A stretch of DNA of 64,000 nucleotides from Desulfosudaceae bacterium (GCA_963674745.2 CAXXDV010000001.1:1472001-1536000), one strand, 5' to 3'; positions 1-10,158 are shown, numbered from the stretch's first letter. Program-made: numbers and translations. Notes: generated by a model not told the origin, from the letters alone.

Positions 1-17
1 GCTTTATACGGCTCGTG

Positions 18-197
18 TTATTCTTCAACGTCGATTGCCGTTCGGCCTTTGTATATTCCGCAGGAGGGGCACGCCCGGTGATGCATTTTCGCTTCGCCGC
101 ATTGCGGACATGAAGACACGTTCACCCCTTCAGCCTTATATTGGGCGCGTCGCATGTCTCGTTTTGATTTTGATTTTTTTCGTTTTGGTACAGCCAT
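18..197 (-). CDS. rpmF: 50S ribosomal protein L32 (Zn-ribbon form)
   Basis: Translated by hand (59 aa, below the ORF-track cutoff): MAVPKRKKSKSKRDMRRAQY...CPQCG...HRACPSCGIYKGR; AAGGAG RBS upstream. Confidence 0.95.
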   Translation of the reverse strand: MAVPKRKKSKSKRDMRRAQYKAEGVNVSSCPQCGEAKMHHRACPSCGIYKGRTAIDVEE

Positions 198-361
198 TTG
201 TAAAATTCTCCTTGTTCGAATTGTGTTATCAACGCGTTATCGGCTGTTCAAGCTTCTCCTGAACGGGGCCGGTAACTGTTTTACCTTGTATAATCCAAAC
301 AGAAATAGTTAAAACCGCAATAATTGTCAAGAATTTTATTCCCTTAACCTCATCTCATCCA

Positions 362-2281
362 TCAGCCGGTCAGGGTGAAGCCAAGACCGAGTTTTTTCAG
401 CGTCTTGTTTGTGGGCACGCCGTTTTCATCCCACCCCCTCAGCTTGTAAAATTTGGGAAGCATTTTGTCCAGACGGACTAACCTTTTGGAATCACCGGAT
501 AATGGTTCATGGGTAAACCTTTTGGGAAGCCAGTCGGATTTTCTGTCAATGCCTTCCCGCAGGTTAAACATCCGTTCCAGTGTAAATCCCCGGTTGCCGG
601 CCGCCGTAAACCGACCGAAATCCATGGGCATTCCTGTTGCCTGGTGCAATGCTTTGGGGTGAGGAAGCATGGGTAAATGAATTTTTTGCATCCATGGCGG
701 AAGACGCAGCATCCAATCGATTACCGGCCAGGTCCAGGTCAGCAGAAAAGTGACCACAGCGGATGCGGCCGGATGGTCCGGCAGCTTGAATGCCTGGGGC
801 GGGACAAAGGTCCAGGATGTAAACAGGCAGTTACCGCCGGCACTGATGGCCGAAAGCAGGTTCTGGTCCAGAACCACCCAGCCCGGCTTGGAGCGAACAT
901 GCAACGGTTTTAAGGTGGCCGGACCGGACACCTCGAAATAAATCATGTAACCGCCGTCCAGGTGACAGGCCCCCCGGTTGGCGGTGGCATAACCCAGGCC
1001 GTGCCCCACCGCAGAGCGCGGCTCATATGCGGCCATCTCCAACCCCTTGGAATGCGCGGCAAAATCTTCTCCGCCGTATTTTGCGGCCAGGCGTTTGACG
1101 CCTTCGGCCAGATCGTTTCCAATTCCCCGGCGATAGGCGATATCTTCGATAACAGCGGAAATATTGTCCGCCTTGCCGAATTCCAGGCCGTTATCCCATA
1201 GTCCTTTCTGGTTCAGCTCTGTCGCGAACCCCAGAATATTACCGATGCTGATGGTATCCATGCCCAGGCAATCCAGCTCATAGTTCCAGCGGATAATCGC
1301 TTCCATGTCATTTATCCCCAGGTTGGACCCCATCAGGCAGAGGATTTCGTATTCCGGACCTTTGATTTCCTCTCCCTTGTATTCCACCACCCGCCCGCAA
1401 CGGATGGGACAGGAAATGCAGCCGCTGTTTTTTATTAAAAACGTGTCAGCCAGGCGTTCACCACTGATATCATGGGCTTTTTCAAACGTGCCTTGAGAAA
1501 AGTTTCTGGTCGGCAGGGCGTTGTTGCGGGAGAGAATGTTCAAAAAAACGGCTGTCCCGTATTTGGGGACGATATCGCCGGTGGCGGGATGACCCTGAAG
1601 CAGTTTGATCCATTTTTTGACGGTTTTTTTGAAGGCTTCGGGTTGGGCCAGGAGAATTTTCTGGTTTCCGTGGGCAACCATGCCTTTGAGGTTTTTTGAT
1701 CCCATGACCGCCCCCATGCCGGTCCGGCCGTGGCTTCTTTCCTGGGAGACAACCGAGGCAAACCGGACCAGGTTTTCCCCGGCCGGGCCGATGGCCATGG
1801 CGCCGCCCTTGATGTCCTTCAGCATGCCTTTCTGGGCTTTCTGCGTATCCGCACCCCATAACGCGCCGGCATCTTTGATGGCCACGCGCCCGTCATTAAG
1901 TTCGATATAGACCGGCCGGTCGGCCTTGCCGCGGACGATCACACCATCGAACCCGGCGCGTTTTAAATGAATGCCGAAATTGCCGCCGCTGTTGGAATGA
2001 CCGATTCCGCCGGTCAGGGGGCTTTTGGCGGAAATATCGTACCGGCTGGAAGAGGGCGCGCCGGTTCCGGTTAAGGGCGAGGTCATGACCACCAGGATGT
2101 TATCCGGGCCAAGCGCATCCACCCCCGGCTTGAGTTTATCCCACAGTATTTTGGTGGCTAGAAACCGGCCGCCGAGAAATTTTTCCCGGTCTTCATCGGC
2201 CAGCCGATAATCGGCAACGGTTCCCGAAGAAAGATCAATGTCCACTACCCGCCCGGTATAACCGTTGAGTTGAGATGTCAT
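362..2281 (-). CDS. Aldehyde:ferredoxin oxidoreductase family protein (tungstopterin, AOR-like)
   Basis: KSPLTG, IGPAGENLV, GRTGMGAVMGSKNLK, CISCPIRC, GPEYE, RGACH and RGWDENGVP motifs. Confidence 0.92.
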   Translation of the reverse strand: MTSQLNGYTGRVVDIDLSSGTVADYRLADEDREKFLGGRFLATKILWDKLKPGVDALGPDNILVVMTSPLTGTGAPSSSRYDISAKSPLTGGIGHSNSGGNFGIHLKRAGFDGVIVRGKADRPVYIELNDGRVAIKDAGALWGADTQKAQKGMLKDIKGGAMAIGPAGENLVRFASVVSQERSHGRTGMGAVMGSKNLKGMVAHGNQKILLAQPEAFKKTVKKWIKLLQGHPATGDIVPKYGTAVFLNILSRNNALPTRNFSQGTFEKAHDISGERLADTFLIKNSGCISCPIRCGRVVEYKGEEIKGPEYEILCLMGSNLGINDMEAIIRWNYELDCLGMDTISIGNILGFATELNQKGLWDNGLEFGKADNISAVIEDIAYRRGIGNDLAEGVKRLAAKYGGEDFAAHSKGLEMAAYEPRSAVGHGLGYATANRGACHLDGGYMIYFEVSGPATLKPLHVRSKPGWVVLDQNLLSAISAGGNCLFTSWTFVPPQAFKLPDHPAASAVVTFLLTWTWPVIDWMLRLPPWMQKIHLPMLPHPKALHQATGMPMDFGRFTAAGNRGFTLERMFNLREGIDRKSDWLPKRFTHEPLSGDSKRLVRLDKMLPKFYKLRGWDENGVPTNKTLKKLGLGFTLTG

Positions 2282-2307
2282 GCCCCCTCCTTATGAATTT
2301 GTTTTGA

Positions 2308-3669
2308 TTAAATAATATTGCCACCGGCCGGTTGCCGGCCGTTTTGATCCGATGTGTTACCGGCCATATAAATGGTTCGGCTGGGAAACGCAAAGCTGAT
2401 CCCGGCTTCGGAAAACCGGCGCATGATTTCCAGGGCCGTTCTCTGGACCCAGTCCATGTAAGCCCAGTAGTCCGGCGGATGATACCAGGCCACCACCAGG
2501 AGATTCAGGCTCCAGTCGTTGAAATTATTAAAATATACCCGGGGCGGCGAATCTTCATGCATGCCCTCGTGGTGGTGCAGTATTTCTTTTATGATGGATA
2601 CCGCCTGCTCGACTTTTTCCGGCGGCGTGTCATAGGTAATACCGATATTGGTCAGCCAGCGGATATTGGGCCGGCGGCCGATGTTTTCGATCGAGGAATT
2701 GGTTATTTTTTCATTGGGGATGGTCAGCAGGTGGCCGGTCAGGGTGCGGATCCGGGTGCTGCGAAAGCCAACCGATTCCACCGTACCGTCATGCCCGTCG
2801 ATAAGGATCCGTTCCCCGGGTTGAAACGGCTTGTCAAAAACAATGGTCATGGTGCCGAAGAAGTTGGCGATGGAGTCTTTGGCGGCCAGGGCGAGGGCAA
2901 TACCGCCGATTCCCAGAGAAGCCAGCAGGGGGCCGATTTTAATACCGGTCATGTTCTGGATCAGGACGACACCGCCCAGGACAATGATCAGGACGCGCAA
3001 TGTTTTACCCACCAGGGGCACCAGGATTTCATTCATTTTGCCGTCTGTTTTCTGGGCCCAGCGTTTTAAATGAATATCCACCAGCGCCACCAGACGGACC
3101 AGAAACCAGATTGCGACAACGAACGTGATCAGGCGAACGGCAAAATCGCAGGCCGTCTGAAAAGGATTAAGGCCGCTTTGAAGCGCACCATAACCAAACA
3201 GGGGCGTCAGGGCGACATATATGCCATAAGTAAAAAAGAGGACGGAGAACGGCCGGGAAAGTGCTTGGAAAAAATAGCCGACCAGGGAAAATTCCTCCCC
3301 CTGTTCCTGACTGCAAGCCGCTTTTTTCCGTATCAGCCACAGCAGCATTCTTTCCAGAACAATGACCAACGCCAGAATTACCGCGCAAAAAACAACCGTA
3401 AACCAGGAGATTTTACCGAGCGCTTTTTTTTTGGCCCATGGTCCAACCAGAGACGCGGACTTTTTTTCAAGGGCGCCGATGGATGTTGCCAGTAAACTGG
3501 TGCCGGTGGTGATTTTCGGCCGTGCGGAATGTTTCACCTGTTCATCTGCGGCGGTTGTTGCGGCCTGGTCCTGCTGACCGGCGGCTATATCCGGTAATGC
3601 CGCCGGTACCATGATCAGCAAAAACCCCATGGCCAGTGAAAAGATACGGTTTTTCGCGTTTGACATCAT
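2308..3669 (-). CDS. Small-conductance mechanosensitive channel (MscS family)
   Basis: ASLGIGGIALALAAKD..ANFFG, DKPFQPGERI, GFRSTRIRT, FAFPSRT motifs and TM helices. Confidence 0.92.
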   Translation of the reverse strand: MMSNAKNRIFSLAMGFLLIMVPAALPDIAAGQQDQAATTAADEQVKHSARPKITTGTSLLATSIGALEKKSASLVGPWAKKKALGKISWFTVVFCAVILALVIVLERMLLWLIRKKAACSQEQGEEFSLVGYFFQALSRPFSVLFFTYGIYVALTPLFGYGALQSGLNPFQTACDFAVRLITFVVAIWFLVRLVALVDIHLKRWAQKTDGKMNEILVPLVGKTLRVLIIVLGGVVLIQNMTGIKIGPLLASLGIGGIALALAAKDSIANFFGTMTIVFDKPFQPGERILIDGHDGTVESVGFRSTRIRTLTGHLLTIPNEKITNSSIENIGRRPNIRWLTNIGITYDTPPEKVEQAVSIIKEILHHHEGMHEDSPPRVYFNNFNDWSLNLLVVAWYHPPDYWAYMDWVQRTALEIMRRFSEAGISFAFPSRTIYMAGNTSDQNGRQPAGGNII

Positions 3670-3799
3670 CTGAAAATCCTCCTTGTAAAAAAAGGTGCTT
3701 TACAGAAAACAAACGAGGAAACAGACGCTTCTGCTGTGACCGGTTTTACTGAAGTTGATTTGGCCCCGAACCCTTGGCGCCTTCCGCTACATATTACCG

Positions 3800-4657
3800 C
3801 TAATATAACTTCCGTTTGCCAAAAGTAGACCCTATCACGTTAAAGGTGTTTTCCACAACAAAAAGCGCATCCGGATCATGAGAAAACACGAGGTTTTCCA
3901 GTTGTTTGAGCATCATGTTGTTGGTGATGGTCATCAGAATGTCCTGCTCTTTCCGGCGGTAGGCACCGAAACCTTTGATAAACGTCGATGTCTGGTTGTA
4001 CCGGCTCAACAGTTCATTGGCGATGGTGTGGTTTTTGTTGCTGATAATCAGGGCCATCTTCCGGGCATTGAAAAGGGTCAGCATGTACTCGATCATGGCT
4101 GAAGAGAGAAAGACGACGATCAGCGAAGCGATAAACTGGTCGGCGGTGAAAAAATGCAGAAAAAATCCGAACAGAATTGCGTTGAATATCAGGTAAAACC
4201 GGCCGATGCCCAGGTTAAAACGCTGGTTTAAAATGATGGCGATGACATCCATACCGCCGCCGCTGCCCAGGGATCGCAGAATCATGCCGCTTCCGGCCCC
4301 GCACAGAAGACCGCCGGCAATGGCGGCATAGGTCTGGTTTTCAAACCCGAAATCAAGATTGATAAGCATCGAACACAGGGTGAGGGTCAGGGTGGCATAA
4401 AGGCTGTAAAAGAAGAACCGCCGGCTGATATAAAAAAAGCAGAGCAGGAAGATGGGAATATTCAGCAGGAGAAACCACAGTCCCGGGGAAAACTCGTTGC
4501 TCAGGTAGTATATCAGCAGCCCGATGCCGTAGAGCCCGCCGACAATAAACTCTTGATGAATCAGCACCCCTTTAACACCGAGCGAAAAAACAAAGGAACC
4601 GGCCGTAATTAAAAACAGGTTGTAGGGAATGCGGTAAGTGTATTCTTTATTGTTCAT
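3800..4657 (-). CDS. YitT family membrane protein (DUF161/DUF2179)
   Basis: GGLYGI, LNIPIF, GSGGGMDVIA, GFGAY, DPDALFVV motifs. Confidence 0.88.
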   Translation of the reverse strand: MNNKEYTYRIPYNLFLITAGSFVFSLGVKGVLIHQEFIVGGLYGIGLLIYYLSNEFSPGLWFLLLNIPIFLLCFFYISRRFFFYSLYATLTLTLCSMLINLDFGFENQTYAAIAGGLLCGAGSGMILRSLGSGGGMDVIAIILNQRFNLGIGRFYLIFNAILFGFFLHFFTADQFIASLIVVFLSSAMIEYMLTLFNARKMALIISNKNHTIANELLSRYNQTSTFIKGFGAYRRKEQDILMTITNNMMLKQLENLVFSHDPDALFVVENTFNVIGSTFGKRKLY

Positions 4658-4816
4658 GGCCGTTTTTCTTTATCGATACCGTTTGAATTTTGTTTCAAGC
4701 AAAAACAATTTCCCCGGGTTTGTCAAGATTTCTCGGAGGGCGACATAAAAACGGTATTAATTTGCAAATCCGGCAAAAGCGGTTTATAAACCGGATAAAA
4801 ATTTTTGGAGGTTAAA

Positions 4817-6217
4817 ATGGAAACCGTTATTACACGTTTCCCGCCGAGCCCGACCGGTCATTTACATATCGGTGGTGCCAGGACGGCCCTGTTTAACTGG
4901 CTTTACGCCAGGCATACCGGGGGCAGATTTGTGCTGCGCATTGAAGACACCGACGTTCAGCGCTCCACCCAGGCCTCGGTCGAGGGGATTCTCGAATCCC
5001 TCGGGTGGCTTGGCATCGACTGGGATGAAGGCCCCTATTTCCAGTCGGAACGGTTTGATATTTATAAAGATTATGTGAAGCGGCTGCTTGATCAGGGGCA
5101 GGCTTATTATTGCGACTGCACGGCCGAACAACTGGAAGAAAAGCGGAAACAGGCCCTGGCCAAAGGGGCCAACCCGGTTTATGACGGGACCTGTCGCGAA
5201 AGAAACCTTTCCCCGTCCGACAAGACCGTTGTCCGGTTCCGGACGCCCGATGCGGGAAAAACCATTCTTGATGACAGCGTCAAAGGCCATATTGCATTCG
5301 ATAACACGGAAATCGGCGACTTTGTCATTTTCAGAAGCGATGGCACCCCTACTTATAACTTTGCGGTCGTGGTCGATGATATCACCATGAACATCAACAC
5401 CATTATCCGCGGAGATGACCATGTCACCAATACGCCCCGTCAGATCATGCTCTATCAGGCCCTGGGTTGTGAACTGCCGACCTTTGCCCACGTTCCCATG
5501 GTGCTGGGCAGCGACCGGGCCCGGTTGAGCAAGCGGCACGGCGCCATGTCCGTACTGGAGTACCGGGAGATGGGGTTCCTCCCCGCCGGCCTGCTGAATT
5601 ATCTCGTCCGGCTGGGGTGGTCATATGGTGATCAGGAATACTTCACCATGGATGAACTCATCGAAAAATTCTCCCTGGACCATATCGGCAAATCAGCCGG
5701 TGTGTTCAACCCGGAAAAGCTGGTGGCCATAAATGCCGAACACATTAAAAACAGTCCTCCGGAATACCTGGCCGGACACCTGCGGCCGATTCTCAAAGAC
5801 AGGGGATACACGGTTGATGATGACCGTTATTTGAATGAGGCGATTACCACCCTGACCCTGCGCAGCAAGACCATGTGCGAAATGGCCGATAAGGCCGCGT
5901 TTTATTTTGAAGAACCGCTTCAGTACGATGAAAAAGCCGCCAAAAAATTTCTGATCGCGGATAACCTGGAAGTTCTTCAAATGATATCAGCAGCGGTTGA
6001 AGGTGCGGCCGATTTCACCCAGGAAGCCCTGGAGCCGGTATTTCAGAAAATAATGGATGAAACCGGTATAAAGTTCGGAAAAATCGCCCAGCCCCTGCGG
6101 GTGGCCATTACCGGTCGCACCGAAAGCCCCGGCATTTTTGAAACCATGATCGTTCTGGGGAAGCCCGAGGTCGTTAAAAGACTGGCCGCAGCCATTGATT
6201 ACATAAAAACCGCTTGA
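4817..6217 (+). CDS. gltX: Glutamate--tRNA ligase
   Basis: RFPPSPTGHLHIGG (HIGH), LRIEDTD, IRGDDH, LSKR (KMSKS); GGAGG RBS before ATG at 4817. Confidence 0.97.
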   Translation: METVITRFPPSPTGHLHIGGARTALFNWLYARHTGGRFVLRIEDTDVQRSTQASVEGILESLGWLGIDWDEGPYFQSERFDIYKDYVKRLLDQGQAYYCDCTAEQLEEKRKQALAKGANPVYDGTCRERNLSPSDKTVVRFRTPDAGKTILDDSVKGHIAFDNTEIGDFVIFRSDGTPTYNFAVVVDDITMNINTIIRGDDHVTNTPRQIMLYQALGCELPTFAHVPMVLGSDRARLSKRHGAMSVLEYREMGFLPAGLLNYLVRLGWSYGDQEYFTMDELIEKFSLDHIGKSAGVFNPEKLVAINAEHIKNSPPEYLAGHLRPILKDRGYTVDDDRYLNEAITTLTLRSKTMCEMADKAAFYFEEPLQYDEKAAKKFLIADNLEVLQMISAAVEGAADFTQEALEPVFQKIMDETGIKFGKIAQPLRVAITGRTESPGIFETMIVLGKPEVVKRLAAAIDYIKTA

Positions 6218-6266
6218 CTTTTTTCTTGACCTAAAATAAGCGGGTTTGTTATTGTTAAAAAGATAT

Positions 6267-6340
6267 TGAGGGATCGTCTAATGGCAGGACGACGGGTTCT
6301 GGCCCCGTTAGTCAAGGTTCGAATCCTTGTCCCTCAGCCA
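6267..6340 (+). tRNA. tRNA-Gln(CTG)
   Basis: Acceptor stem TGAGGGA/TCCCTCA, anticodon arm ACGGG-TTCTGGC-CCCGT, GGTTCGAATCC T-loop, encoded CCA, U1-A72 pair. Confidence 0.96.
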
Positions 6341-6348
6341 ATAATTTT

Positions 6349-6385
6349 CGGGGATTTGCGATGATGATCGCAAGTCCCCGTTTTT
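6349..6385 (+). terminator. Rho-independent terminator after tRNA-Gln
   Basis: CGGGGATTTGCGAT...ATCGCAAGTCCCCG hairpin followed by TTTTT. Confidence 0.8.
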
Positions 6386-6533
6386 ATTGGTTCGGTTTCC
6401 GCTTGAGCTTTCTTGTGTGGCGTTTTTTATTGGCTCAATTCAGAACTGGCGACACGATTAAGACTAACTCCTGTGTGAAGCCGTTCGTTAGCCCTGTGTT
6501 TTGCATGGCTTTTCTCTTTGAGACGATGTGTTC

Positions 6534-7646
6534 CTATACGGCACTGAAGACCGTATCATACTCAGGAGCCATGTTCTGCCAGGAATACTGTTCAATACAA
6601 TGACGGAAATTTTTCTGTCGGATCGTCTCGATCTCTTGCAGGGACCTTGCAAGTTTTTCAACGAGTTCCTGGAAGTCATGGTAAAAGAGTTCAGGATACT
6701 CTTCATAAGGAACAAGTTCAGGATAGGTAAGACGCTTTGGCAGTAAGGGGTAACAACCACAATAGAGGGCTTCAACAATGCTTGCTCCGAAAAAATCATG
6801 GTGGGATGTCACCGGGACGATGTCGGCGCGATAAAGCCACCGTGCGTATGGTAGAAATTCTTCAGCATACCCATAGTGAACAACCTTGTTTCCCAACTTC
6901 ACGCGAGCCTTTTCAAAAATGGGGTGGTTTCGGCGGAAATTCTTTCCAAGAATTGCCACACGAAAATCCAGACCTTGCTCGTTCAGCACAAAGAGGGCCT
7001 GGAAGAACTCATCGGGATTTTTATCGTATTCCCAACGATGGTTCCAGAGAATAAGTGGCGCTTGACCACAATGTTCTTCACGCTGTTGTTGAAGTTCGGC
7101 GGCCTGAAATTTCTGGAAATCTACTCCGAGAGGTAACACCCTGCTTTTGGCACGAATGGTTGCTACCGTTCCCAACTCGTTGCAATCGGGGAATTGTTCC
7201 AGAAAGCGGGGTAATTTGTCGAAAAAGGCTGTGTAATGATACTGTGAGTTGAACACCACCGCATCCGCCGCAAGTGCGGAGCTATAATTGATAAATCCAT
7301 AATGGTGATCTCGCTTCTGCAGAACATCGCGATCCGTAGGCAACCAGGGGTAACATATTTGGTTTTCGTGGAAATAGATCGCAACAGGAATCGCAGAAGT
7401 CTTGTGGCGAGTCAAGGCCAGAAAGGTTGTCAGGTCGAGCATATCTGTGACAAGAAGCAGGTCCGGCATCGCGCCGGACGCCAAAAATTTTGTTGCCAGC
7501 GTAACTGCGCCGCCATGCATACGCCACTTCCAATAATTCCCACTGAGACTCAGAATGTCAATCTTGTGTTCGCTATACTGAGCGTATGCTGTAGCCCAAG
7601 CTGCATGCGAACCGGTAAAAAAAGGTTCAATGAGGGTAATATTCAT
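6534..7646 (-). CDS. DUF3524-containing GT4 glycosyltransferase (GTDC1/QTMAN-like)
   Basis: EPFFTGSH, WKWRMHG, YFHENQ, WNHRWEYDKNP, HDFFG..EA..CGC.P.LP.RL.YPE motifs. Confidence 0.85.
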   Translation of the reverse strand: MNITLIEPFFTGSHAAWATAYAQYSEHKIDILSLSGNYWKWRMHGGAVTLATKFLASGAMPDLLLVTDMLDLTTFLALTRHKTSAIPVAIYFHENQICYPWLPTDRDVLQKRDHHYGFINYSSALAADAVVFNSQYHYTAFFDKLPRFLEQFPDCNELGTVATIRAKSRVLPLGVDFQKFQAAELQQQREEHCGQAPLILWNHRWEYDKNPDEFFQALFVLNEQGLDFRVAILGKNFRRNHPIFEKARVKLGNKVVHYGYAEEFLPYARWLYRADIVPVTSHHDFFGASIVEALYCGCYPLLPKRLTYPELVPYEEYPELFYHDFQELVEKLARSLQEIETIRQKNFRHCIEQYSWQNMAPEYDTVFSAV

Positions 7647-7663
7647 TACGATTCTGTAGCGCC

Positions 7664-8128
7664 CTATTTGTCTAACCTTTGCTTACGACGGATTGATTTA
7701 ATCACCTCGTCGAGCTGATAAAGAAAACGTGATCGGTCAGCCTTCCTTAGCGGTGCAGGACCTCCTGTTATTTCTCCAGCGCCACGAAGATCTGACAACA
7801 GGTTACGGGTCGCGACCGCATCACCGATATTTCTTTCCTCGAACTGCTTTCCGGTTGGGCCAATTGCACTTGCACCCTCCTTCAGACAGCGGCTTGCAAG
7901 CGGAATATCCGCGGTGACAACGATGTCGTGAGGTTGCACCTGCCCGACAATCCAATCATCGGCAGCATCGAAACCCTCCGCTACAACTTCGAGAGAAATC
8001 CATCGCTCATTCGGAACTCGCATCCATGAGTTAGCCACCAAGATGACTTTAAGGCGATGTCGGCTTGCGACCCGGTACACTTCCTGTTTGACCGGGCACG
8101 CATCAGCATCTACAAAAATATTCAGCAA
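7664..8128 (-). CDS. YaiI/YqxD family protein (DUF188)
   Basis: IFVDADACPVK, DAADDWI, VVTADIPLA, GGPAP motifs; likely TTG start after GGAGAGG. Confidence 0.9.
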   Translation of the reverse strand: MLNIFVDADACPVKQEVYRVASRHRLKVILVANSWMRVPNERWISLEVVAEGFDAADDWIVGQVQPHDIVVTADIPLASRCLKEGASAIGPTGKQFEERNIGDAVATRNLLSDLRGAGEITGGPAPLRKADRSRFLYQLDEVIKSIRRKQRLDK

Positions 8129-8168
8129 ACGAAAATCCTCTCCTTTCAATAGTACTGATCCGGCCACC

Positions 8169-8283
8169 TAACGAGTCCGTCACTTGGGAGCAGGGAAAGG
8201 TGATTTTTGCAAAGCCACGTTAACACCGAACCCCGATACTGAAAAAGCAGCCCGCCCTGCGAGACAAGTGCATGATTTTGTTA
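8169..8283 (-). repeat. Distal-most intact attC site
   Basis: TAACGAGTCCGTCACTTGGGAGCAGGG...CCCTGCGAGACAAGTGCATGATTTTGTTA. Confidence 0.85.
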
Positions 8284-8316
8284 TAACACCTTTTTATTAC
8301 CGTTAAAATTTATCCA

Positions 8317-8345
8317 TTGACATTTTACGTATTAAAATTTACAAT
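8317..8345 (+). promoter_or_regulatory. Sigma70 promoter of phd-relE TA cassette
   Basis: TTGACA-N17-TACAAT, followed by TGTACA. Confidence 0.75.
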
Positions 8346-8385
8346 ATGTACAAAATGAACGTTTTATACATTTGAGGTGCTCATT

Positions 8386-8637
8386 ATGCTTAACAAAATC
8401 ACAACGGCGGATGCCAGAAAAAAATTATCAAACATCATCAACAGGGTTGCTTTTGGAAACGAGTCTTTTGTCTTGACCCGTAGGGGCGAACCGGTTGCGG
8501 CTCTTGTTTCATTGAATGAACTGAAACTCCTGCAAGATATTGAAGACCAGATAGACATTGAGGATGCGTGGAAAGCAAAAAAAGAACCCGGTGAACCAAT
8601 CCCCTGGGAAGAGTTGAAAAAGGAACTTGAACTGTGA
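8386..8637 (+). CDS. Phd/YefM-family antitoxin (cassette, inverted relative to array)
   Basis: ITTADARKKLSNIINRV...LTRRGEPVAALVS; overlaps toxin start (GTGA). Confidence 0.9.
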   Translation: MLNKITTADARKKLSNIINRVAFGNESFVLTRRGEPVAALVSLNELKLLQDIEDQIDIEDAWKAKKEPGEPIPWEELKKELEL

Positions 8638-8900
8638 GTTATCGCATTGAGGTTAAAAGGTCTGCCGCAAAAGCGCTCCAGAAGACACCTAAAGCCGATC
8701 AAAAAAGAATAGCTGACAAAATTGATAGCCTGGCTCAAAATCCGTCGAATCCTGATACGACTAAAATGAAGGGTAACAACCCTTTTCATAAGATACGGGT
8801 CGGGGATTATCGAATAATTTACGAAATACAAGAGGAAGTCCTTATTATCCTGATAGTCAAAATTGGCCACCGTAAAGATGTCTACAAAGGCTTATCATGA
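8634..8900 (+). CDS. RelE/StbE-family toxin
   Basis: YRIEVKRSAAKAL...KIRVGDYRIIYEI...VKIGHRKDVY. Confidence 0.92.
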   Translation: MSYRIEVKRSAAKALQKTPKADQKRIADKIDSLAQNPSNPDTTKMKGNNPFHKIRVGDYRIIYEIQEEVLIILIVKIGHRKDVYKGLS

Positions 8901-8985
8901 TTGTTTCTCTTTATGCGTTATAACGGCGGCCGCCAATGGGAGCCAGGGCTTCCTCTGACTGTCTTAATGGCGGTTAATATTCAGT

Positions 8986-9642
8986 TTACACCCGATAGCT
9001 CAAAACCCGAGTGCCCTGGCGATTCTCTTGCGATGCCTCGTTAGATAATCCTATATTTCTTTGTTGCATTTTTCGTAATGCATAATACAAAAATTCTTTT
9101 TTATTCGTTTTTAAATCATAACCATAACCCAGCTCAACTTCATTGCGGTCTTTTATGTGTATTACGATTTTATGAAATAATGAATTTTCAAAATCATACT
9201 CACTTTTTTTCTTTATTACTTGGATTGTATTTAGTGGAAAGGATCGTTTTTTTCCAAATTTGCCCACGCCGGAAAAAATTGTAACGTTACCATCAACACA
9301 TTGAAGTTCTATTTTTCCATAAACACTTTTCAGAACAGTACCAAGGCAGTATATGGGTACGATATAAAAAACACCACATACAATAATTGCTGAGATATCC
9401 AACGTTTTGGATGTGTAGCACATTAAAAGTATATAACCGAAAAATGCTGCGAAAAAAAATCCAACTAATGCATTTCCTATAGCTTGTGTTTTATCCTGAA
9501 TTAAGACACCAGCGATAAATTTGTTTGAATCTTCTAAAAGCCACGCACCTTCCGGTGGTGAATTAAGATATTGTTCAGCTAAGGAGTCTTCTTGATCAGA
9601 ATCGGAAATATCAAATCCACAATTTGGACATTTAATCTGCAT
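8986..9642 (-). CDS. Cassette protein, N-terminal CxxC plus 2 TM helices; stop lies inside attC
   Basis: Fills cassette; CPNC motif and hydrophobic segments. Confidence 0.7.
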   Translation of the reverse strand: MQIKCPNCGFDISDSDQEDSLAEQYLNSPPEGAWLLEDSNKFIAGVLIQDKTQAIGNALVGFFFAAFFGYILLMCYTSKTLDISAIIVCGVFYIVPIYCLGTVLKSVYGKIELQCVDGNVTIFSGVGKFGKKRSFPLNTIQVIKKKSEYDFENSLFHKIVIHIKDRNEVELGYGYDLKTNKKEFLYYALRKMQQRNIGLSNEASQENRQGTRVLSYRV

Positions 9643-9765
9643 TTTATTTATCTAACGTCCGCCACCACCGGCGAGCAGGGGATGCGGTCTTCGCTAAAGT
9701 GAGTTCAACACCAAGCTATGCCAGGACAAAAGCAGCCCGCCCCTGCGAGTCTGTGTGAGTGGCGT

Positions 9766-9894
9766 AGCAGCTATTTTACTACGCGCTTTGAATTAAAGAC
9801 AGTGAGTCCGTTCTGTTTAAAAAACGGAAAAGGGGAGTAAAAACTCAGGCCCTAAAAAATTTTTATTCCCTATTGACTCCGGGCGGCTCATATG
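9766..9894 (+). mobile_element. 129-bp insertion in attC, possible IS110/IS1111-like end remnant
   Basis: Interrupts conserved GGCGT|TGTTAG; ends TTGACTCCGGGCGGCTCATATG. Confidence 0.5.
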
Positions 9895-9896
9895 TG

Positions 9897-10157
9897 TTAG
9901 GCTGCGGATTGTTTTTTTGTATCCCACCCTGGAAATACAAGTACAGCAGGATGACATTTCAATGCTCTAGCAAGAACTTTTGCACGTTCAACACCAAGCT
10001 GAACACGGTCGTTTTCGATAGCAGAAATAGTAGATTGAGGAATACCTGTTAATTCAGCCAATTTGTTCTGGCTTAATTCCTGTAATTCCCGAATAATTCG
10101 AACTGATTCTCCTACGGATACATCCATACTTTTTTTGGCAAGCCTATAGTTTTTCAT
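9897..10157 (-). CDS. HTH XRE antitoxin (HigA-like)
   Basis: LSQNKLAELTGIPQSTISAIEN HTH; directly downstream of toxin. Confidence 0.85.
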   Translation of the reverse strand: MKNYRLAKKSMDVSVGESVRIIRELQELSQNKLAELTGIPQSTISAIENDRVQLGVERAKVLARALKCHPAVLVFPGWDTKKQSAA

Positions 10158-10158
10158 G

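Noticed and set aside
35..262. 75-aa plus-strand ORF and other antisense ORFs over housekeeping genes
   Set aside because: Shadow frames of rpmF, AOR, MscS, gltX and FabF
8170..8180. AACGAGTC start of the last attC as a MITE footprint
   Set aside because: Only 5 bp shared; equally explained by attC variation
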